In this document: one piece after another, positions 44,361-51,538 of the stretch | How positions within the stretch are numbered: position 1 is the stretch's first letter | Layout of the letters: every line of letters begins with the position of its first letter | Origin: Desulfobacterales bacterium | GTDB lineage: Bacteria > Desulfobacterota > Desulfobacteria > Desulfobacterales > G020354645 | DNA length: 64,000 nucleotides | NCBI GenBank assembly: GCA_050053515.1 | Contig: JASFTQ010000001.1 | Location: forward strand, 4-64,003 | Reading direction: 5' to 3' | The notes under the pieces: model-generated | What the model saw: the letters and a program-made list of their open reading frames with translations, nothing else | Database searches by the model: none | Told to the model about the DNA's origin: nothing | Program-made: the position numbers and the translations under genes

Positions 44361-44375
44361 GCAACCGTTATGCCA
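44361..44375 (-). promoter_or_regulatory. sigma-54 (-24/-12) promoter match far upstream of the eRF1-like / activator operon
   Basis: The minus strand reads TGGCAT-AACGG-TTGCT. It lies about 290 nt upstream of ATG 44070. Confidence 0.5.
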
Positions 44376-44801
44376 GATTTTTCCCTAATCATCGGATCTC
44401 GCTAGATATCAGTGTTATCGATATGGCAAGTCCCTGAAATCATACTAATAAATTCAGACACACAGTTGACTATTCGATATGAAAGAACTGAGTTGCCGCG
44501 GCCTTGTAAAACAGATAGCAGTCCAATGGAGAACTTCAGGTTCCGATTATTACGGTAAAAGAATTCTCAAATCCTTTTTTTGGGATTCATGCCCCGCCGT
44601 GGAGTAGCCGTCGACAAATAAAACATGTGATTTTAACAACTTAATCATTTTGGCTCACTAATTGCTTTATTTTGAGATGGGAGTCTCGCATTGATCATAA
44701 AAACAATGGGAGCGAATACCCATTTTATTTTGGGCGCAAAAATATTTCGGCGATATCCAGTAGCTTTTCTTAGTATTAGTAATCGGGACAACCAAAAGTG
44801 A

Positions 44802-44921
44802 GGTGATAATAGTGCAGCACCGGTGGACGGCTTGATGATCACCACCGAAGCCCTGGTTTCTGAAAAGCCGGAGAAGAAAAAGAAACCGGCAATGCCGGAG
44901 ATGGATGAAGAAAGATATTAA
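44802..44921 (+). pseudogene. groEL: relic of a groEL 3' end (C-terminal about 35 codons only)
   Basis: This 39-codon open frame has no usable start. It translates to GDNSAAPVDGLMITTEALVSEKPEKKKKPAMPEMDEERY*. The AA.V.GLMITTE..V...P core matches the conserved GroEL C-terminus (E. coli [20 protein letters not shown]) followed by a PAMP..M tail. I saw no GroEL homology upstream. Confidence 0.5.
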
Positions 44922-45078
44922 ACCAATTAATTTCAACAAACTTGTCACAAAATAGTAAATATACACGCTGCGCTAATGTTGGAAGTAGTGGATTAATTGA
45001 TAATTAAAACAACCCTATTACTCTAACTATTGGCGCAGCGAAATCTTATCTTAAGAATCTTATCTCAAGGAGAAGAAA

Positions 45079-45591
45079 TTGAATAGAATCCGCATTTATC
45101 TCCCGTGTATATTTTTAGCAATGATTTTCGGATCTGAAACTGTCGTAATTGGTCAAGGACCTGCTGAAAAAATGTGTATCCCGAAAATTATTATAATTCA
45201 GCCCCCTGAAACGGTAGAGGCCAAAAGAAATTCAGTTGAATTTCCACATACCAGTCACTTCAAATTCCCCTGCAGAAAGTGTCACCATACATGGAAAGGG
45301 GATGCTGCCATCGTTAATTGTACAACCTCCGGTTGTCATGATGTGACCGTTTCGCCCATTAAGTCTAAAAAGAAAGGCTCAAAGAAAGTAAAAGCGATGA
45401 GGTACTATAAGACAGCTTACCATACCCTGTGTATAGGATGCCATCGAGATATTAAACTTAAAAACAAAGCACTGGAGGAGTCAAATCGGAAACTAATTTA
45501 CAAACTGCGTTATCCCGGGCGGAAACCAACTTACAAACTGCAGTATCACGGCCCCACCAGCTGTAGTAGGTGTCATCCGAAGGAAAAATAA
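45079..45591 (+). CDS. tetraheme cytochrome c3 family protein
   Basis: 170 aa with a signal peptide. The heme sites are CRKCH, CTTSGCH (CX4CH), CIGCH and CSRCH. It has a TTG start preceded by AAGGAG. Confidence 0.8.
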   Translation: MNRIRIYLPCIFLAMIFGSETVVIGQGPAEKMCIPKIIIIQPPETVEAKRNSVEFPHTSHFKFPCRKCHHTWKGDAAIVNCTTSGCHDVTVSPIKSKKKGSKKVKAMRYYKTAYHTLCIGCHRDIKLKNKALEESNRKLIYKLRYPGRKPTYKLQYHGPTSCSRCHPKEK

Positions 45592-45627
45592 TTCGTGAAA
45601 GGGAGAAGCAAAAGTGAGGTGATAATA

Positions 45628-46566
45628 ATGCAGCCCCGAGATCAAAAGACGTTGCTGGTGGCAATGGACGTATCCGAGCGAAGTAAAAACACTGTTAAGC
45701 AGTTGGCTAGAATCGATCGCTTCCGAGAATACAAGATTGTTTTATTTCATGTTTTCAATCCAATACAGGAAATTTATTGGGATCTAGAAATAGATCCTAA
45801 GGCGATTGTGTCTGAGAAAGACATTTTTGCTTGGGAAGCTGAGAAGGAAAAGAAGACGACCGATTTCATGGAACAGGCACAAAACCTTCTTGTACGCAGC
45901 GGGTTTAATAAGGATTTCTTAGCGGTAAAAATTCAGCCACGTTTAAAAGGAGCCGCTAGAGATTTCATCGCTGAAGCTCGGCGAGGATACCATGTTTCGG
46001 CAATTCGACGACGCGGAATGTTACAAGACACATCCGGCATCGTGGGGAGTGTATTCAGCAAACTTGTTGAAGCGATCTCTTTTGTTCCTTTGCTAATTAT
46101 CGGCAAGCAACCTTTTTCCGGTAATATTATCATCGGGATTGATGGTTCTGAAAACGCTTTGCGAGCAGTTGATTTCGTAGGCGAGTTACTGGGGGGATCT
46201 GACTGCAGGGTGCATTTATTAAGTGTTGTGCGCAGGATTCAAGGTTTCGGACAGAAGCAACATCAGTGGCAGACGCTAAGTAAAATGATTGAGCCCTTTT
46301 TCAAAAGAAAACTGACGGCATCGCTTGAGGAATCCAAAAAACGGTTAATGGTAGCTGGATTTACCAGTGAACAGCTATCCGCCAAGGTCATCACAGGCGA
46401 GGACAGTCGTGCCGGCTGCCTTGTTCAGGAAGCCGAAAGGTTTGGCTGTGATACCATTGCGCTGGGAAGAAAAGGCTTATCGCAAGTAATGGATTTCTCC
46501 ATGGGAGGTGTGACGAGAAAGGTTATCCAACTGGCCCAAGATAAAAGCATCTGGGTGATAAATTAA
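45628..46566 (+). CDS. universal stress protein with tandem USP domains
   Basis: It has two USP domains, and the second carries the ATP motif LGRKGLSQVMDFSMGGVTRKV. I prefer ATG 45628, preceded by GAGGTG, over the track GTG at 45595. Confidence 0.85.
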   Translation: MQPRDQKTLLVAMDVSERSKNTVKQLARIDRFREYKIVLFHVFNPIQEIYWDLEIDPKAIVSEKDIFAWEAEKEKKTTDFMEQAQNLLVRSGFNKDFLAVKIQPRLKGAARDFIAEARRGYHVSAIRRRGMLQDTSGIVGSVFSKLVEAISFVPLLIIGKQPFSGNIIIGIDGSENALRAVDFVGELLGGSDCRVHLLSVVRRIQGFGQKQHQWQTLSKMIEPFFKRKLTASLEESKKRLMVAGFTSEQLSAKVITGEDSRAGCLVQEAERFGCDTIALGRKGLSQVMDFSMGGVTRKVIQLAQDKSIWVIN

Positions 46567-46705
46567 TGCCGCAAAAAAGCAAGCTTTGGAATGAATTCAA
46601 CAACGGCTTCAGGTTCTGTAAATCGGGATCGGATGTTCCGGCAGGGTGTCTTTGAATTCTATAAAAAACTAAATAACAAATATTTACAGTCCATTAATTA
46701 CAGTT

Positions 46706-46721
46706 TGGCACGCTAGTTGCT
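46706..46721 (+). promoter_or_regulatory. sigma-54 (-24/-12) promoter match upstream of the YeiH-family gene
   Basis: The plus strand reads TGGCAC-GCTAG-TTGCT, about 72 nt upstream of ATG 46792. Confidence 0.65.
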
Positions 46722-46791
46722 TTTAATTAATGGGGGCGTTTTTTAATTCTTAACCCTAAAAAATACTTTTAACATCACGGAGGGTGGACAT

Positions 46792-48147
46792 ATGAGTAAC
46801 GAAACCAAAACACGCCAAATAGTCTTTTGGAAAAGTGAGGATTGGTGGGCCTGTTATCTGGGGTGGTTTATTTTACTGCTGGCCATCATCGGGTTAAAAG
46901 AAATTGAAGCCGGCAAATGGGTGGTCCAATTGTTGCCCGAAGGTCCCAAAATCGGCAAGAATTGGACATCTCTGGCAGCCATATTCCCCAAAGGCTGGGC
47001 GACCGTCTGGGCGGCTGTCGGCATGTTCATATTTATGGCTGTCATTACATCCATCGGCGGTTTAGTTATGAAACTGGACCTGAAACGTTACCTGCCGGGC
47101 TTCCTCGTCATTTTCGCTCTGGCTTACGTGGCATTGATCCTATCGAATCAGAAATTCTTCAACAAATGGGGAATAGAATACGTGATTTTTGCACTGGCTT
47201 TCGGACTGCTTATTAGCAACCTTTTTAAAGTGCCGGAAATTCTGAAAGTCGGCGGACGCACCGAATATTTCATCAAAATTGGCCTGGTGTGTATGGGAGC
47301 GGATATCTTTTTTGGTGATATTATCCGGGGCGGTTTCATCGGCCTGGTCCAGGCGGTGCTCGTCGCTTCCAGCGTTTGGTTTATGACCTATTGGATTTGC
47401 CGCAAATTCATGGTTTCCGAGCGTTTCAGCGCCATTATTGCCTCGGCCAACGCAATTTGCGGAGTGTCCGCCACTATTGCCGCCGGCGGTGCGATCCAGG
47501 GCGACAAGAAGGAAATCAGCTATATGATTGCCTGGGTGCTGGTCTGTGCGGTGGTGCTGATTCTGATCATGCCGCCGATTGCCAAATGGATGAATCTGCC
47601 CAACAATTGGGCCGGTGCCTGGGTCGGCGGGGTGATCGACAATACCGGTGCGGTAGTGGCGGCCGGGGGAATTATCGGGGGTGATGCCGCCTACAAAACG
47701 GCTGCATTGGTTAAAATGTCCCAGAACGTGCTCATCGGTTTAGCGGCCTTTTTAATCGCCCTGTGGGCCACCATGAGCCTGGATCGCAAGGAGACCCCAA
47801 CAGCGGAAAGGCCTTCCTTTATGGAAATTTGGTACCGCTTCCCGAAATTCGTGCTGGGGTTTGTGGTAGCCTCCCTGATAGTCTCTTTTATCGCCGAACC
47901 GGTGTGGGGCGAGAAGGTGGCCAAGCTAGTTGGCAATGCCTGTAAGACTTACCGCAACTGGTTTTTTGCGCTTTGCTTTGTCTCCATCGGACTCGAGACC
48001 AACTTCAAGGAGCTGGTATCCGTCGGCGGGGGAAGACCGGCGATTGCTTACTGGATTTCCCAAACCGCCAATGCCGTCTGGACTCTGTTCATCACCTGGA
48101 TTCTGTGGTCCGGCACGTTCTTTACCCCAGCCATTCCTGCGGACTGA
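46792..48147 (+). CDS. YeiH/UPF0324-family membrane protein (putative sulfate-exporter family) with an N-terminal extension
   Basis: 451 aa and collinear with E. coli YeiH as I recall it. Corresponding blocks are FGLLISN, YFIKIGLVCMG, NAICGVSATIAAGGAI, GGVIDNTGAVVAAGG, FPKFVLGFVVASL and FALCFVSIGLETNFKEL. Confidence 0.7.
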   Translation: MSNETKTRQIVFWKSEDWWACYLGWFILLLAIIGLKEIEAGKWVVQLLPEGPKIGKNWTSLAAIFPKGWATVWAAVGMFIFMAVITSIGGLVMKLDLKRYLPGFLVIFALAYVALILSNQKFFNKWGIEYVIFALAFGLLISNLFKVPEILKVGGRTEYFIKIGLVCMGADIFFGDIIRGGFIGLVQAVLVASSVWFMTYWICRKFMVSERFSAIIASANAICGVSATIAAGGAIQGDKKEISYMIAWVLVCAVVLILIMPPIAKWMNLPNNWAGAWVGGVIDNTGAVVAAGGIIGGDAAYKTAALVKMSQNVLIGLAAFLIALWATMSLDRKETPTAERPSFMEIWYRFPKFVLGFVVASLIVSFIAEPVWGEKVAKLVGNACKTYRNWFFALCFVSIGLETNFKELVSVGGGRPAIAYWISQTANAVWTLFITWILWSGTFFTPAIPAD

Positions 48148-48217
48148 TAGCTGACCTACCACAGGGGAGACGTTCCATTGCGAACGTCTCCCCCAATTTT
48201 ATACGAAATAGATAATT

Positions 48218-48432
48218 CAGGGGCCGGGGTATTTTTTTCACGGCAAGATGCCGGGTTGTTGCCTGCCAAGCCTGACAGCGGCAACTGCCTTGCATTTTAC
48301 TGCTAACTATTTAAAACTTTCACACCAACAAGAACCGACACCGGGTTTTGCCTTTCTCGGCGGCAATAGCCCTCTGCCCCTTTGAAGCACAGGGGCGATC
48401 ATCTTGTCGTGAAAAAAACACCCCGACCCCTC
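48218..48432. mobile_element. MITE-like element, family A, copy 2
   Basis: It is a full-length counterpart of 8664-8877 in the opposite orientation and lies between convergent genes. The flanks (GATAATT / AAATATT) are AT-rich but not an exact duplication. Confidence 0.7.
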
Positions 48433-48442
48433 AAATATTCTG

Positions 48443-49390
48443 TTATGTTGTCGCGCTAAAATGCTTTTTCGAAAAGGCGACTCGCTCCTCAATCGCCGTC
48501 AGGTTATGGTGATGCTGTTCAACCAGCTTTAGACGCGGCAGCAATCCTGATCGGTTGGCGATTTGAATATTGAGACCCGGACGGGCGTTCAGCTCCAAAA
48601 TTAACGGCCCTTTATCTTTGTCCAGCACAAGATCAACACCGATGTATCCCAGACCAATCAGCTCATAACAACGGGATGCAATATGAAGCAGTGTATCCCA
48701 GCTCGCAATTTGAACACCGGTAACAGGGTTTCCGGTATCCGGGTGCTCGGTAACAATATTATCTCGCCACACCGCGGTTAGGGTTGTTCCGGTAGTGATA
48801 TCAATTCCGGCGCCAAGCGCCCCCTGGTGTAAGTTGGCTTTGCCGCCGGACATGCGGGTTGGCAGCCGTACCATGGACATCACCGGCACCCCCAGAAAAA
48901 CGATCACCCGAATATCCGGCACTCCCTGATAACTGATGGCTTCGAATACGGGATCAAATTGCACCCGATATTCGATCAAGACTTTATCCGGCTGCCCGCC
49001 TAAACTATAGATACCGCTGATGATATTAAACAGATGATAGGCGACTTCTTCAGGGTTCAACAGTGTACCGTCGACTTTGCGATACATATTCTTGGAGCAT
49101 CCGGAGATGACCAAAATGCCTTCCCCGCCTGAACCTCTGGATGGCTTTATGGCAAATTCCGAATAAGATTTCAGCAACGCCTCGATATGCCGAACCTGAT
49201 ATTCCGTCTCCACCACTTCATAAAGCTCCGGTACGGCAATACCGGCTTTCAAGGCAATTTTTTTGGTCTGCAGCTTGTCATCCACAAGCGGAAATAAGCG
49301 GCGCGGATTGTAGCGCAGGGTATATTCGGCGTTGCGGCGGTTGATGCCCAGCACACCCATTTCGGCGATGCGTTTCTTTATCCTAAACAT
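48443..49390 (-). CDS. alpha-L-glutamate ligase-related ATP-grasp protein (RimK-related)
   Basis: 315 aa with ATP-grasp blocks (FAIKPSRGSGGEGILV ... ILELNARPGLNIQIANR). It overlaps the upstream 7TM gene by 8 nt. Confidence 0.75.
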   Translation of the reverse strand: MFRIKKRIAEMGVLGINRRNAEYTLRYNPRRLFPLVDDKLQTKKIALKAGIAVPELYEVVETEYQVRHIEALLKSYSEFAIKPSRGSGGEGILVISGCSKNMYRKVDGTLLNPEEVAYHLFNIISGIYSLGGQPDKVLIEYRVQFDPVFEAISYQGVPDIRVIVFLGVPVMSMVRLPTRMSGGKANLHQGALGAGIDITTGTTLTAVWRDNIVTEHPDTGNPVTGVQIASWDTLLHIASRCYELIGLGYIGVDLVLDKDKGPLILELNARPGLNIQIANRSGLLPRLKLVEQHHHNLTAIEERVAFSKKHFSATT

Positions 49391-50918
49391 CGGATTTTAT
49401 CTCGGTTAAAGCCTTAAAACGGCGAAGTTCCATTAACCTGAAACCGGAATAGCGTCCCAGCAATATGGTTGCGGCAAGCAATATCAGAAGCAATTCGGGA
49501 AATACAAACACCAGATGTTCAACCAATTTAATGCTCATTATCAGATAGGCGATCACTGCTGCGACAATTGATCCGACCCCCTGTTTGATGGTTTCAAAAG
49601 CCCCCAGCTCATCCCATACGATGGACATCCGTTCGATGGTCATGGTTAAAATGACCATGGGAAACAGCGCCACGGAGAGCCCTCGCTCAAGCCCGAGTTT
49701 GTTTGTCAGCACACTGAGAAATGCCATCAAACCGATCACGACAATTAATATTGCCGCTAATCGCGGTACCACCAGTAATTTCAAATGGTCAAAGTATAAA
49801 CGAATCAGCAGCCCGATGCCGACCACCGTGGAAAATAAAAAAACACCCCACAGCAGCCGGGTCTCTCTAAATGAAAGGGCAATCAAAACCGGCATAAACG
49901 TGCCGAATGTCCGGATACCGATAACATTGCGAAGAATAACCAGAAACAAAACACCGACGGGAACCAGCAATGCCACTCGATATACGGCCTGGGTTTTGGC
50001 TGGCAGGCTGAACAGGGAGAAATCCAGCAAAAACGGCTTTTTGATGATGCCCTTTTCAACCGCCAGCTGCAGAGCGGCTTCCTCACCGCGCACAACCGAT
50101 AACGATACCCGCAGATTTTTTACTCCTAGGGCCTGCACCAGCGGTTCCACGCCTTTCCACCATGCCAGATAGTCTTCAGGCACGTCACGCTCTCCCGAAA
50201 GCGGTTCGTAGGAAATCCAGCGGTTCTTATCATAAACCTCCAGCCAGTGTATAATGGGAGCCTCTCTTCGTTGCGCTTCCAACCGCAGGCCGTGTACAGC
50301 ACGGGCGTGGATGCCGGCCAGGGCCAGCAATTGAACGGCAAGGTCGACCTTCTTTTGAACCGTCGCTTTTTTACCTAAAAACAAGGCGACATTATCCCCC
50401 GGTTGCGAAGCGTTCAGCTGTTTTAATAATGCTGCCACCAGACTGTCCGTATCTGCCGACTTTTCACGGACATCGAATAGGATCGCCCGGGATGCCTCGC
50501 GATAGGCACCGCTAAAATCAGGTTGGCTCGGTTCGGCTTTGACCGGCTGGGTTGATTTGATATCTCGATCTACCCGATATACCGATGCCTTATAAAACAG
50601 GGTTTGCGATCCTCGGGCCTTGCGAATCGACCAGATGACCTTGCGCTTTCCTTCCTCGGTGGAAACGTCAACCCCGTACCCGCGGGATATGAAATTTTCG
50701 TTCACGATAGTAAAACGCTTCGAAGTGCGCGGGATGCGCATGGCAACCTTTACAGGTGTGTCACCGGCCTCGAATGTGAGGTGAGCCTCGATGTCCCAAA
50801 CATAGGTCAGGGTCTCAGGGATCAGGGGGAAATCTAAGACCAGGATTTTATATAAAAAAAGCGCAAGGCCCACGGCAGTTAAAAATCCCGATAAAAAATA
50901 CAAGTGGCGCTTGTTCAT
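49383..50918 (-). CDS. inactive-transglutaminase-like periplasmic domain fused to a 7-TM module
   Basis: 511 aa. An N-terminal TM is followed by a soluble region of about 270 aa and then about seven closely packed TM helices. This architecture co-occurs with RimK-related ligases. Confidence 0.65.
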   Translation of the reverse strand: MNKRHLYFLSGFLTAVGLALFLYKILVLDFPLIPETLTYVWDIEAHLTFEAGDTPVKVAMRIPRTSKRFTIVNENFISRGYGVDVSTEEGKRKVIWSIRKARGSQTLFYKASVYRVDRDIKSTQPVKAEPSQPDFSGAYREASRAILFDVREKSADTDSLVAALLKQLNASQPGDNVALFLGKKATVQKKVDLAVQLLALAGIHARAVHGLRLEAQRREAPIIHWLEVYDKNRWISYEPLSGERDVPEDYLAWWKGVEPLVQALGVKNLRVSLSVVRGEEAALQLAVEKGIIKKPFLLDFSLFSLPAKTQAVYRVALLVPVGVLFLVILRNVIGIRTFGTFMPVLIALSFRETRLLWGVFLFSTVVGIGLLIRLYFDHLKLLVVPRLAAILIVVIGLMAFLSVLTNKLGLERGLSVALFPMVILTMTIERMSIVWDELGAFETIKQGVGSIVAAVIAYLIMSIKLVEHLVFVFPELLLILLAATILLGRYSGFRLMELRRFKALTEIKSDV

Positions 50919-51436
50919 TCATCCGATCCTTCCCGGCAGCTTGGTTTAATGGTGAAGGTAAGCCCCGGATCGACAATAAATGATCCTCTAAGAAAGCTCC
51001 GGCCGATCAGCATCTGGTAATTAAAGCCACTGCGGTCCTCCAGGTTGACTTCGACTTTTTTGTATGTGTTTCCAACACAGATTCCGAGTTTGATCACCGG
51101 GCGTATGTCGGCTTTTTGGCCAGTCTGTTTGATCTTGGCTGTCCGGATGACCTCCGCTTCAAGTGTCTCTATGCGATTTTTGTAATTGCGAAGATCAAAC
51201 CGTACCCAGGTTTCACCATCTCGTGTAAATCGTTCCAAATGCTTTGCATTCAGCGAAGAATTTCTGGCCCCGGTGTCCAGTTTGGCCTTGATTTTCATAT
51301 TTCCGGGATGAATGCTGACCGTTTCAATCCACCCGACGATGCGTTTTTCCGCAGCCACAGCAAAGATCGACAGGCCAACAGAGATGGATACGATCAGTAC
51401 CAGAATTTTTGATAATCTTGCCATCATTTTAATCAT
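50915..51436 (-). CDS. retropepsin-like aspartic protease (DUF785 / RimB-like) with an N-terminal signal or anchor
   Basis: 173 aa. The KLDTGARNSSL motif is a D-T-G aspartyl-protease signature. The start of the downstream 7TM gene overlaps this gene's stop as ATGA (50915-50918). Confidence 0.65.
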   Translation of the reverse strand: MIKMMARLSKILVLIVSISVGLSIFAVAAEKRIVGWIETVSIHPGNMKIKAKLDTGARNSSLNAKHLERFTRDGETWVRFDLRNYKNRIETLEAEVIRTAKIKQTGQKADIRPVIKLGICVGNTYKKVEVNLEDRSGFNYQMLIGRSFLRGSFIVDPGLTFTIKPSCREGSDE

Positions 51437-51538
51437 TTCCTCATGCCGTTTCCGGCTACCTGTGCGGCTGATTCCCGATGGGTTTCCCCCCTGACTTCAA
51501 TGGTTTCCGTGACCACCCCAAAGGCTTCGGGATCAATT

